Origin: Chloroflexota bacterium
Lineage (GTDB): Bacteria; Chloroflexota; Dehalococcoidia; Lucifugimonadales; UBA3495
Direction of reading: 5' to 3'
Assembly (NCBI GenBank): GCA_027623675.1
Contig: JAQBVF010000016.1
Span: 17,187-81,186 of the forward strand
Length of the DNA stretch: 64,000 nucleotides
A program made the translations under genes and the position numbers. The notes under the pieces are model-generated. The model did no database searches and was not told the origin of the DNA. It saw only the letters and a list, made by a program, of their open reading frames with translations. Below, in pieces: positions 48,027 through 57,133 of this stretch; position 1 is the stretch's first letter, and each line of letters opens with the position of its first letter.

Positions 48027-48992
48027 TCAGCCGACCAACTGCTCCACTGCTTCCCCGCCCAGGTATGCCATCAAGAGGCCGGCGAAGCAGTCGGCTTTGG
48101 CGGGGGTGAGGTGGTTGGGTTTTTCCAGGAGACCGGCCAGCGACTCGGCGGTGTCGTGGGTGTTGGTGCGCACCTGAATCAGGGGCAATTCGCGTTCCAG
48201 GGCCTCGGCCTTGATGTAGGCCCTGGGCTCTCCCGGACCGGTCAGCACCAGGCAACTGGTCCGGTCGCTCATGCAGGCCATCTGGATATCGGGACGTTCC
48301 ACCCGCGTGATAACCGCCTGGTTGGAGTACCGCCCGAAGTAGGTGGGGCCTTCGTCCATGATGTTGCCGCCGATCATGAACCGCTCGACGGGGGCGTCGG
48401 TGTTGACCGGGTCCAGGACCCATTGCCCCCCCAGATGCTCGGCGAGCTGGGCCACGCTGACCGAGAGCATACCCCGGCTTTCGGGGATGACGGCCAAGGG
48501 CACGGTCTGCCCGCCCAGATCGCGGGCTACTTCATCGCGGCGGTGGATCGGGACGGCGTTAACCACCACGGCGGCCAGGTTCGGGCCGGCGGCGGCTATC
48601 GACGCCTTGACCGCGTCCACGCCCGCTTGCCGGGAATAGCGGTGAACCAGGATGACCTTGGAATCAAGGGGAAGAGGTTCGGAACCGTCCGGGCCTTCGA
48701 TGATAACCAAGCCGGCCTGGGATTCTAGCTTGGCGATTGCGTTTTGGACCTGGGCTAGTACCGCCGCGTCGCCGGAGTTGGCCTGGTCTCCGGAATCGGG
48801 TACGGCCGGGCCACCGTAGGGCTGGAGCAGTTGGGTGATGAATGTGGCGTCCGAGTCTGCGCCCGCTGCTCCGGAGAACGGTTTATAGTAGGCGGCCTTT
48901 CTCCCGGCGGTGTTGGCCAAGGTCAAAAGCGCCGCGGCCAGGCTGGTCTTGCCGGACCGGGACTGATTTCCCACGATCTGAAGGACGGCCAC
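48027..48992 (-). CDS. DRTGG-domain / BioD-like P-loop protein (phosphotransacetylase N-terminal-like)
   Basis: SGKT, YYKP, IIEG, ERPDIQMAC, LVLTG. Confidence 0.75.
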   Translation of the reverse strand: MAVLQIVGNQSRSGKTSLAAALLTLANTAGRKAAYYKPFSGAAGADSDATFITQLLQPYGGPAVPDSGDQANSGDAAVLAQVQNAIAKLESQAGLVIIEGPDGSEPLPLDSKVILVHRYSRQAGVDAVKASIAAAGPNLAAVVVNAVPIHRRDEVARDLGGQTVPLAVIPESRGMLSVSVAQLAEHLGGQWVLDPVNTDAPVERFMIGGNIMDEGPTYFGRYSNQAVITRVERPDIQMACMSDRTSCLVLTGPGEPRAYIKAEALERELPLIQVRTNTHDTAESLAGLLEKPNHLTPAKADCFAGLLMAYLGGEAVEQLVG

Positions 48993-49114
48993 GGATACTC
49001 CTAGACGCCTGGAGGTCTGATTGCCAAGGTCTGATTGCGAACGATTGCCAAAGATCCCCAGAGATGCCAGGCAATTTTAGCATAGGGCCTCAGCGGCTGG
49101 ACGCCTTGGGCGGA

Positions 49115-49816
49115 CTACTCGCTGACGTCCTTGTAGCCCGTGTTTTCGGGGTCGAAACCCTCGGGGAACCTGGTGGTGTCGTCCCACTTGGCCAGGGTGA
49201 AATCGGACCGGTGGAGGCTGGCCTGAAGAAAGCTTGCGCCCCGGACATCGGTTGCGAACCACATGGAGTCGCGGATCATGGCCAGATTGAAGTCCGCCCC
49301 AGCCATCGTGGCCCGGCCCAGGTCGGCCCCATTCATGTTGGAGGAGTGGAACTTGGCGTTGGTCATGTTGGTGTTCCGCAGGTCGGCCTCAATCATGTTG
49401 GACTGGCTGAAATCAGCGCCGGTCAGGTCTGCGCCAAGCAGGTTGACCCGGTTCATGCGGCAGCCCCGGACCACGGCGCTGGTTAGGTTGGCGCCCTTCA
49501 GGTCGGTCCAGAACAGGTTCACGTTGTTGACCGTGGCAGAGGTCAGGTCGACGCCGGACATTCCAGCCTGCCCGAAGTCGGCTTCGGTCAGGTCGGCCCC
49601 TGTCAGGTCGGCCCCGGCCAGGTTGGCACGGCTGAAGCGGGCATGGGTCAGGTTCGCACCCTTGAGGTTGGCGTCGCGAATCTTGGTTCCGACCAGGTCC
49701 ACGCCGCTGAGGTCGGCGCCTTCCAGGTCCAATCTGACATCGGGGTTTTTCTCGCGCCATTTCTCCAGGGCGTCGGGGCCGCTGGAAGCTATCTTTACGT
49801 GTTCTTGGTTAGCCAC
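49115..49816 (-). CDS. Pentapeptide repeat protein
   Basis: Continuous A(D/N)Lxx repeats. Confidence 0.92.
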   Translation of the reverse strand: MANQEHVKIASSGPDALEKWREKNPDVRLDLEGADLSGVDLVGTKIRDANLKGANLTHARFSRANLAGADLTGADLTEADFGQAGMSGVDLTSATVNNVNLFWTDLKGANLTSAVVRGCRMNRVNLLGADLTGADFSQSNMIEADLRNTNMTNAKFHSSNMNGADLGRATMAGADFNLAMIRDSMWFATDVRGASFLQASLHRSDFTLAKWDDTTRFPEGFDPENTGYKDVSE

Positions 49817-49848
49817 AGTTTCGTACTCCGGGTCTGATGTCTGTTCAC

Positions 49849-49887
49849 AAAAACACAGCCCGGGAGCGACTCCCAGGCTGCTGTTTT
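49849..49887 (-). terminator. Terminator after the Rdx gene
   Basis: Minus strand CAGCCTGGGAG-TCG-CTCCCGGGCTG followed by TGTTTTT. Confidence 0.7.
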
Positions 49888-49926
49888 ACGTCGCATGGTT
49901 TCCGATGGTGTTCGGTGGTGAAGGGC

Positions 49927-50211
49927 TTAGGCGTCTTCCAGGTCAAAGAGTTTCTCGGCAATGACCATCTTAAGTTCGTTGACCTTGCTCAGGTCGGGGA
50001 AGGCCCCGGCCTCCTTGCGGTCGAAGATCTTTTCTCCGTCCAAGAACACTTCCAAGCGTCCTTTGTCCGAGGGGGTCATCTTGATCGCCACATCGCCAGG
50101 GGCGTCCGAGCGGAAGAACTCTGTCGCCAACCACGTGGCGACCGGGAAGTAGCCTCAAGCAACGCAATAGACGATCTCTGCTTCCACTTTGCCGTGTTCT
50201 GATCCAGCCAT
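49927..50211 (-). CDS. Rdx/SelW-family selenoprotein (CxxU), 94 aa
   Basis: ATG 50211 after GGGAGA: MAGSEHGKVEAEIVYCVA-[TGA 50157..50155]-GYFPVATWLATEFF...GRLEVFLDGEKIFDRKEAGAFPD. The ORF track gives only the part after the TGA. Confidence 0.88.
50123..50142 (-). promoter_or_regulatory. Putative bacterial SECIS hairpin
   Basis: GTCGCCA-CGTGGT-TGGCGAC, starting 12 nt after the in-frame TGA. Confidence 0.6.
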
Positions 50212-50254
50212 GTCATTCTCCCAAGGGTTCGCTGTGTTCGCCCGCAGGCGGCGT

Positions 50255-50689
50255 TTAACTGATAACCGCGGTGCCGATACCCACGGCGGTGCGGTTGCCA
50301 TCTTGGTTGTCGCAGAAGAGGTCGACGGAGACCCTGGTGCCGCCGTCGACAGCCTCGGTCCCGCTGACCACGCCGGTGACGGTGATGGTGTCGCCGGCCT
50401 TGACCGGCCTCAGGAATTTCAGGTTGACGGTGCCGGTGTGATTGAAGACCTCAGGCCCAAAGAACTTGCGCATGCTCTCGGCGGCGAAGGTGATGGACAT
50501 GCGGCCGGAGGCGATGGTGTAGGTGGTTCCCAGGCGTTTGGCCGCCATCTCCGGGTTGTTGTGGATGTTCTCCCGGTCCAATATCCCGCAGGACTCGAAT
50601 CGAAGGATCGAGTCGGTGGTGATGGACTTGGTCACCGAGGGAATCTCTTGCCCGGGCTTGATCTCTGTTGCGGATACCATATTCATCAC
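50255..50689 (-). CDS. MaoC-family hot-dog dehydratase
   Basis: NIHNNPEMA, IASG, KFLRPVKAGDTIT. Confidence 0.82.
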   Translation of the reverse strand: MMNMVSATEIKPGQEIPSVTKSITTDSILRFESCGILDRENIHNNPEMAAKRLGTTYTIASGRMSITFAAESMRKFFGPEVFNHTGTVNLKFLRPVKAGDTITVTGVVSGTEAVDGGTRVSVDLFCDNQDGNRTAVGIGTAVIS

Positions 50690-50743
50690 CTGACTGGAAG
50701 CGTTCAGATACCGGTTGAAATACCAAGTGTTTCAGGTAAAAAG

Positions 50744-51172
50744 TTATTGCTGCTCGGGGTGCCACTTCTTGCCCAGCTCGTCGGGTTTCTTGAGCTGGTA
50801 GGTGCTGAGCTTCTCCAGCATGCGGCCGTCTTCGTCCACGGCGGTGGCCTCCAGGACGATGTAGGGCTTGTCGCGGCGCAGATACTTATCGGAGATGCGG
50901 CCCTTGACGATGATCTTCTTGCCCACGATGGGCGGGTTGAAGAACTCGACCTCATTCCCGGCGTTCACCGTGCCGATGGGGTCGTCGTAGACCATGGCGA
51001 AGGCGGTGGCGTCGTGCTTGACGCCCAGCGTGGGGAATGGGGCGTCGGGGTCTTCTACAGAGGCTCGGAAGTCGTCCATCATCTGCTGGGTCAGGGTGTA
51101 CTCGTAGGACCCCAACTCCTCGCCGATGACGACCTTTTCGTAGTCGAATATCTTTACTTCAGGATCGGCCAT
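50744..51172 (-). CDS. MaoC-like hot-dog protein (partner subunit)
   Basis: EFFNPPIVG...GRISDKYLRRDKPYIV..DEDG. Confidence 0.75.
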   Translation of the reverse strand: MADPEVKIFDYEKVVIGEELGSYEYTLTQQMMDDFRASVEDPDAPFPTLGVKHDATAFAMVYDDPIGTVNAGNEVEFFNPPIVGKKIIVKGRISDKYLRRDKPYIVLEATAVDEDGRMLEKLSTYQLKKPDELGKKWHPEQQ

Positions 51173-51373
51173 TTCCAGGCTCCTCGGTTCTGTTGACGGG
51201 CGTGGTGTTTCTACAATACTGAGTTTGCCGTAGCTAGTCAACGCGCCCATGCCCGGGCGTCACGCATGGCCGACGGTGTTGGTTTGGCATATAATGGCAT
51301 ATGTAGTGGTCTTGCTGCCGGCCTGGCCGTCCAGCGTGGACCCAACTTTGGCTTTAAGGCGTGACTGACTGAT

Positions 51374-52204
51374 ATGGACCTTTCTTTCGACCGTGGGGAC
51401 GCCCAAAACCCCAGAGGACACGCCCTGCTCTACTTTCGCGTGGACACCGAGCCGGACAAGGTTTACGCGACCTATGTGGTCACACTGCCAGTCAAGTCTG
51501 ACCTGACAAAGTACGTTCCGCCCTTCTTGGCTTCCCACCTGGGCAGCATGCCCCTGACCGACCTTTCAGCTTTCGCCATGCCTCCGGTCCCCGAGTCCAT
51601 CGGCAGCTTTTCTGAGCTTGAACGCCTGAGCGAGCTTCGCGGCGACGACCTGGTGTACGGCGGCAACATGTTCTCCTTCGACCTGCCCAGGATGATGGAG
51701 TCGGCCACTGAAGCCGTCCAAGCCTACTCCGGCCTCTGTTCCGACTCGCTGACCATGACTGGCACTCCGGCGGAAGGCGCCGCGGCGGCCCTTGGAGAGG
51801 AACTGGAGCACACCATGGGCGCGGCCCCCGAACCCGAACCTCCCGAACCGGTGGCAGAAGAGCGAGACGATTCCTACAACGTTAATGAGGTGCTATTCAG
51901 CTTTATGAGCGAGAGCGACAAGCTGGGTGAGCTTTCCAAGTTGTTGGGCCGGCTCCGGTTCGCCGTTGACGGGTCAGACCGGGCCGCGGCTGAGGAGGTT
52001 GGCGATGAGATCAAGGTCCTGGCCCGCCACCTGCCCAAGGATTTCAAGGTTGGCGATCTGCTGGATGTGGCGCAGGACAACTCTGAGAAGAGTTCACAGC
52101 TAGCCAAACTCTACATCGACCGGTGTTTCCGTCTTTCCGCTGGTGATGCGGCGGCGGCCCAAGTGCTGGAAGACCAGATCCAAGCATTACGCGCCCAGGA
52201 CTGA
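51374..52204 (+). CDS. Hypothetical protein
   Basis: 276-aa acidic ORF with coding-like codon usage, upstream of recF; no family recognised. Confidence 0.65.
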   Translation: MDLSFDRGDAQNPRGHALLYFRVDTEPDKVYATYVVTLPVKSDLTKYVPPFLASHLGSMPLTDLSAFAMPPVPESIGSFSELERLSELRGDDLVYGGNMFSFDLPRMMESATEAVQAYSGLCSDSLTMTGTPAEGAAAALGEELEHTMGAAPEPEPPEPVAEERDDSYNVNEVLFSFMSESDKLGELSKLLGRLRFAVDGSDRAAAEEVGDEIKVLARHLPKDFKVGDLLDVAQDNSEKSSQLAKLYIDRCFRLSAGDAAAAQVLEDQIQALRAQD

Positions 52205-52286
52205 TCCGGTCCAACCCTCATTCGCCCCGGCCTCAGGTCCAGCTAACCCGCCCGCTTTGCCGCAATGATGGAGGGAACACGACAGG

Positions 52287-53531
52287 TTGGCTTACCTCTC
52301 TCGCCTTCGGCTGACCAATTTCCGCAACCTTACCCGCCTAGATGTTGGCTTGAATCCTGGCGTGACCGTCTTTTACGGTCCCAATGCCCAGGGCAAGACC
52401 ACACTGCTGGAAGCCGTTTACCTGCTGTGCATCGCCCGGTCGTTCCGCGCCGAGAACGAAAGAGAGGTGGTGAACTTCGCCGCCGGCAATGAGGGTGAGC
52501 AGGCCCTGGTGGACGGCGCCATCGAGCGAGACGGCCAGCGGCTGCGGGTGATCGTCGGCTACCAGCCCACGGCGCGCTCGAATTCAGAGAACAACGGCCT
52601 TGGCTATAACGTCCGGAAGGAGATCCGCGTGAACCGGCAGAGGCGCACCGCCGGCGAACTGATCGGCGAGGTGAACGGCGTTCTGTTCAGCGCCGCTGAC
52701 ATCGAGTTGGTCCAGGGCCCTCCGTCGGGCCGCAGGCGTTTCTTGGACATATTGCTTTCCCAGGCCGACTCGCTCTATCTGAAAGGCCTGCAGCGGTACC
52801 AGCGGGTGGTACAGCAACGGAACCAGTTGCTGCGCCTGCTCCGTGAGGGCCGGGCGGCGGACGGCGAGCTGTCTTTCTGGAACGATGAGTTGGTCCGGGA
52901 AGGGTCGTGGATCACCTGGCGGCGTTCCGAGGCGATGCGCCGATTGGCCCAGGCGTGTCGCCGACACCACGAGGAACTCAGCGGCCCGGAAGATGACCTG
53001 GCGGTGGAATACCGCCCCAGTGTAGTCCTAGCGGATGATGTTTCTGGGACCGAGACCAATTTTCGGGAGGCGTTGGCCGCCGCGTCCCAACGGGAAAGGA
53101 CCAGGCCGGTTACGGCGGTGGGCCCCCACCGGGACGACTTCAATCTGTTGATCGACGGCGCAGACATGGGGACATTCGCCTCCCGGGGACAGGCACGGAC
53201 CCTGGCGCTGACCTTGAGGCTGGCGGAGGCGGAGTTCCTGGCCTCGGTGCGAGAGGAAGGGCCGGTGGTGCTGCTGGACGACGCGCTGTCGGAGATGGAC
53301 AGCGACCGCAGGCACCGGCTATTGGAGAAAGCCACCGAGTATGAGCAGGTGCTCATCACGACGACCGACCTGGAACAGTTGAGCGACTTCTTCGGTTCCG
53401 GGGCCGAGTACATCCGCGTTTCCAACGGCCAGGTCTGGCCGTCGGACCAATACGGCAACGTGGACGATAGCCCCGTGGTTCCTCCGGAAGCGTATGCCGA
53501 GGCGGAACGGTCTAGCGATGATTCCGGGTGA
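52287..53531 (+). CDS. recF: DNA replication/repair protein RecF
   Basis: NFRN, GPNAQGKT, GPHRDD, SRGQAR, LLDDALSEMD. Confidence 0.95.
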   Translation: MAYLSRLRLTNFRNLTRLDVGLNPGVTVFYGPNAQGKTTLLEAVYLLCIARSFRAENEREVVNFAAGNEGEQALVDGAIERDGQRLRVIVGYQPTARSNSENNGLGYNVRKEIRVNRQRRTAGELIGEVNGVLFSAADIELVQGPPSGRRRFLDILLSQADSLYLKGLQRYQRVVQQRNQLLRLLREGRAADGELSFWNDELVREGSWITWRRSEAMRRLAQACRRHHEELSGPEDDLAVEYRPSVVLADDVSGTETNFREALAAASQRERTRPVTAVGPHRDDFNLLIDGADMGTFASRGQARTLALTLRLAEAEFLASVREEGPVVLLDDALSEMDSDRRHRLLEKATEYEQVLITTTDLEQLSDFFGSGAEYIRVSNGQVWPSDQYGNVDDSPVVPPEAYAEAERSSDDSG

Positions 53532-53629
53532 ACGGGGTGTACATCGTGGTCGGGCGGGACGATAATTCAGAAATTCGGGCCAAAAGTTTCGGGCGGCAGG
53601 CTTAGATGTTGGGCGGGAATGGAATACCG

Positions 53630-55837
53630 ATGGCAATAACCAAAGAGAAACTGGATGAGATAGCGCTCTCGCGGGCCGAGTACGACCTGATACTTGAGCG
53701 TCTGGACCGCGAACCCACCGCCGTTGAATTGGGCATGTTCGGGGCGCTGTGGAGCGAGCACTGCGGCTACAAGCACTCCAAGCCCTTGCTGCGTTTGTTT
53801 AGCCAGCAGTCGAGCCGCGTCCTCTCCCAGACCGGCGCGGAGAACGCCGGGGCAGTGGACATCGGCGACGGCCTAGCAGTGGTGTTCAAGGTTGAGTCGC
53901 ACAACCATCCTTCGGCAGTGGAGCCGCGGCAGGGCGCAGCCACCGGAGTGGGAGGCATCGTGCGGGACATACTGGCCATGGGCGCCCGTCCCATCGCGTT
54001 GCTAAACTCCCTGCGTTTCGGCCCCCTGGACGACGCCCAGAACCGGCATCTTTTCCACGGCGTGGTCGGCGGTATCTCCTGGTACGGCAATTGCATCGGC
54101 GTGCCCGACGTGGCCGGCGAGATCTTCTTCGACGAGTCCTATTCCGGCAACCCCTTGGTCAATGCCATGTGTGTGGGCCTGGTCCGGGCCGACAGCATCG
54201 CCACGTCGGCTGCCAGCGAGGTCGGAAACGTGATGCTTCTGGTGGGCGCGGGCACCGGGCGAGACGGTATCCACGGCGCGTCCGGATTGGCCTCCCGGAC
54301 ATTTGAGGAAGAGGTGGAGCTTCGTCCCACCGTACAGGTGGGCAACCCCTTCCTGGAGAAAGTTCTCATCGAAGCCTGTCTAGAGGCCCTGGACACCGGC
54401 CTGGTGAACGCCATCCAGGACCTGGGCGCGGCTGGACTGACCAGCGCCGCGGTTGAGTCTGCGGCCGGAGGGGGCCGGGGCATCAGCCTGGACATCTCCC
54501 AGGTGCACCAGCGGGAAGAGGGCATGAGCGCCTACGAGGTGATGCTGTCCGAGTCCCAGGAGCGGATGCTTTTGGTGGTCGCCCCGGAGAATGTGGACGC
54601 CGTCAGGGCCGTTTTCGATAAGTGGGACGTGGTCTGCATGGAGATCGGGCACATCATCGGCGACAAAGTGGCCCGGGTGTCCGTTGGCTCGGAACTGGTG
54701 GCTGACCTGCCCATCGGTCCACTTTCCGAGGCGCCCCAATACCGGTTGGAAGGCAAGCCCACCCAGGAAGCCATCGACCGCATGAAATTGGAATTTGACT
54801 CGGTACCGCTGCCCGTCGATGACCCACAAGAGATCCTGCTGCGGCTGCTGGCGTCGCCTAACATCGCGAACAAGGAAGGCGTCTACCGGCAGTACGACCA
54901 CCAGGTGCAGACCAATACCGTGGTCGGCCCTGGCAGCGACGCCGCCGTGCTCAGGGTGAAAGGCACGAAGAAAGCTATCGCGGTGGCCATCGACGGCAAC
55001 GGTCGCCTCTGTCAGTTGGAACCGTACCAGGGCGGCCAGATCGTGGTTGCCGAGGTCTGCCGGAACCTGAGCTGTTCCGGCGCATCGCCGTTGGCGATCA
55101 CCGACTGCCTGAATTTCGGCAACCCGGAACGGCCCGACATCTATTACCAATTGGAGCAGTGCATCCAGGGTATCGCCGAGGCCTGCCGGGTCTTGGATGT
55201 GCCGGTGGTCAGCGGCAACGTGAGCCTGTATAACGAATCGCGGGGCCGGGCAATCTTTCCCACCCCGGTGATTGGGGGGCTGGGACTGCTGCAGGACGTT
55301 GGCAACGCCACCAGGTCGGCATTTGCCGGAGCAGGGATGGTGGTCGCCCTGTTGGGTGCGGACACCAGCGAGGTTGAGCCATACGACCTGGCCGGCAGCG
55401 AGTACCTGCAGCGTATCCACGGCCGCGTCGAGGGCAGTCCACGTATCGACCTCAACTTGGAGAAACGGGTCCAGCAGGCGTGCCGTTGGGCGATAGAACA
55501 GGGCCGGATAACCTCCGCCCACGACTGTTCCGAAGGCGGCTTGGCCGTGGCCCTGGCCGAATGCTCCATCCAGGGCGGCGTCGGCTTCACCGGCGATTTC
55601 CCCGTTCCGGAACGCTGGGATGTGGCACTATTCGGTGAAAGGCAATCGCGGATCATAGTCGGTCTGCCGGAGGACCAATGGGACGCACTGGTGGGTTTGG
55701 CGTCGGGCTTGGGTGTGCCGGTCACCAGATTGGGCCAAACCGGCGGGGACCGGTTCCGGGTCAATGACCAGATGGACCTGCTGGTCTCACAGATAAGCGA
55801 AGCCTGGAACAATGGACTGGAGGCGGCTGGTGGCTAG
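53630..55837 (+). CDS. purL: Phosphoribosylformylglycinamidine synthase subunit PurL
   Basis: WSEHCGYK, KVESHNHPS, DLGAAG, SESQERM, SGNVSLYN, HDCSEGG. Confidence 0.97.
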   Translation: MAITKEKLDEIALSRAEYDLILERLDREPTAVELGMFGALWSEHCGYKHSKPLLRLFSQQSSRVLSQTGAENAGAVDIGDGLAVVFKVESHNHPSAVEPRQGAATGVGGIVRDILAMGARPIALLNSLRFGPLDDAQNRHLFHGVVGGISWYGNCIGVPDVAGEIFFDESYSGNPLVNAMCVGLVRADSIATSAASEVGNVMLLVGAGTGRDGIHGASGLASRTFEEEVELRPTVQVGNPFLEKVLIEACLEALDTGLVNAIQDLGAAGLTSAAVESAAGGGRGISLDISQVHQREEGMSAYEVMLSESQERMLLVVAPENVDAVRAVFDKWDVVCMEIGHIIGDKVARVSVGSELVADLPIGPLSEAPQYRLEGKPTQEAIDRMKLEFDSVPLPVDDPQEILLRLLASPNIANKEGVYRQYDHQVQTNTVVGPGSDAAVLRVKGTKKAIAVAIDGNGRLCQLEPYQGGQIVVAEVCRNLSCSGASPLAITDCLNFGNPERPDIYYQLEQCIQGIAEACRVLDVPVVSGNVSLYNESRGRAIFPTPVIGGLGLLQDVGNATRSAFAGAGMVVALLGADTSEVEPYDLAGSEYLQRIHGRVEGSPRIDLNLEKRVQQACRWAIEQGRITSAHDCSEGGLAVALAECSIQGGVGFTGDFPVPERWDVALFGERQSRIIVGLPEDQWDALVGLASGLGVPVTRLGQTGGDRFRVNDQMDLLVSQISEAWNNGLEAAGG

Positions 55838-57068
55838 CACACCACTGCGCGTTTTATTCCTAACCCCCTATTTCAGGCCCTACCTGGGGGGCATCGAGAG
55901 GGCGATAGAGCAACTATCGTTCCAGATGCAGCAGTCGGCGTCCGTCGAAGCCATCGGCGTGCTTACTACCAAGTACTCCTTCCCCAGGCTGCCGCAGCCG
56001 GCTTGGGGCGACCGGGAGACCACCCCCGAGGGAATCTCCATCTATCGTCTGACAGGATTCCCCAGCCGCGCGTTACCGGTCTATTCGGTGCCGTTGGTCT
56101 GGTTCTCCCCCCTGCGATTGAAGCGGTATCTGGACGAATTCAAGCCCGACGTGATCCATTTCGTCGGCGACGGCTGGTTCTGGGGGCACCTGTGGGCATG
56201 GTTCTGGTACCGGGGCCGGGCGCGGTTCGTATTCACGCCTTCCTATCACACTCTGCCGCCCACCAAATGGTGGCTCAAGCCCATCAACGCCTTTCTCTGC
56301 CACATAGCCGACCGGGTTGTCGCCCTGACCAGCCGGGAGGCGGAGGGCGTCCACCGGGCCTACCGCGCCGGCAGGGACAAGATGGGCGTTATCGGCTGGG
56401 GCGCTTCCGCCGGTGATGAGAACTTGATGGTTGAAAGGTCAGGAGAAAGGTCAGGAGAAAGGTCGGGCGAACGGGCAGGCGAGCGGACTGCTGATTCGGG
56501 AGAAGACCTGGAATCGAGGCCGTTGACGGTGCTCTGTGTCGGCCGGCTGGGAAGGCACAAAGGCCAAAGGTGGCTGCTGGAGACCTACCGGCAAGCCCGG
56601 TCCAACTTCAAGCGTCCGGTCCGGCTGGTCCTCGTTGGCCGGGAAGAGGACGCCTCGGCGGACATAAATGGCCTTGTCGCGCAGCATGAACTAGATGGCG
56701 AAGTCATCATCACCGGGGAAGTATCCGACGGTGAATTGGCCGAGTGGTATGCCGAAGCCGACCTTTTCGTCCTCTTCTCCCGCTACGAAGCGTTTGGGCT
56801 GGTGTATCTTGAAGCCATGGCCCACGGCGCTCCGGTGCTGACCCACGATGTCGGCGCCAACCGTGAGGTGCTGGCGCAGGGTGCGGTGGTCGTGGACCGG
56901 TTCGACCGGCAGGCCGCGGCCGGCGAGATGGCCCGGCTGGTGAATGACGACGCAGCGCGCCTGGAATTGTCTTGGCAGGCCCAGCAGTACGCCCTCTCCG
57001 AATTCAGTTGGCCGCTGGTGGCGGAGAAGTATCTCGAAGCCTACCAGTCAGCCCGAACCGCAGCCTGA
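55830..57068 (+). CDS. Glycosyltransferase family 4
   Basis: GGIE, VGRLGRHKG, EAFGLVYLEAM; GTG start overlapping the purL end. Confidence 0.88.
   Translation: MASTPLRVLFLTPYFRPYLGGIERAIEQLSFQMQQSASVEAIGVLTTKYSFPRLPQPAWGDRETTPEGISIYRLTGFPSRALPVYSVPLVWFSPLRLKRYLDEFKPDVIHFVGDGWFWGHLWAWFWYRGRARFVFTPSYHTLPPTKWWLKPINAFLCHIADRVVALTSREAEGVHRAYRAGRDKMGVIGWGASAGDENLMVERSGERSGERSGERAGERTADSGEDLESRPLTVLCVGRLGRHKGQRWLLETYRQARSNFKRPVRLVLVGREEDASADINGLVAQHELDGEVIITGEVSDGELAEWYAEADLFVLFSRYEAFGLVYLEAMAHGAPVLTHDVGANREVLAQGAVVVDRFDRQAAAGEMARLVNDDAARLELSWQAQQYALSEFSWPLVAEKYLEAYQSARTAA
56433..56486 (+). repeat. In-frame 12-bp tandem repeat (ERSG ERSG ERSG ERAG ER)
   Basis: GAAAGGTCAGGA twice, then degenerate copies. 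Confidence 0.8.
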
Positions 57069-57133
57069 ACTTTTAGCCTGTACTTTCGGCCTGAGAGGCC
57101 CGATAGAGTAGGCCCGATAGATAGGAACAAGCC

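Noticed and set aside
49115..49816. 15-bp periodic repeats as a CRISPR or DNA repeat array
   Set aside because: Explained by pentapeptide-repeat coding; no spacers and no cas genes in the window
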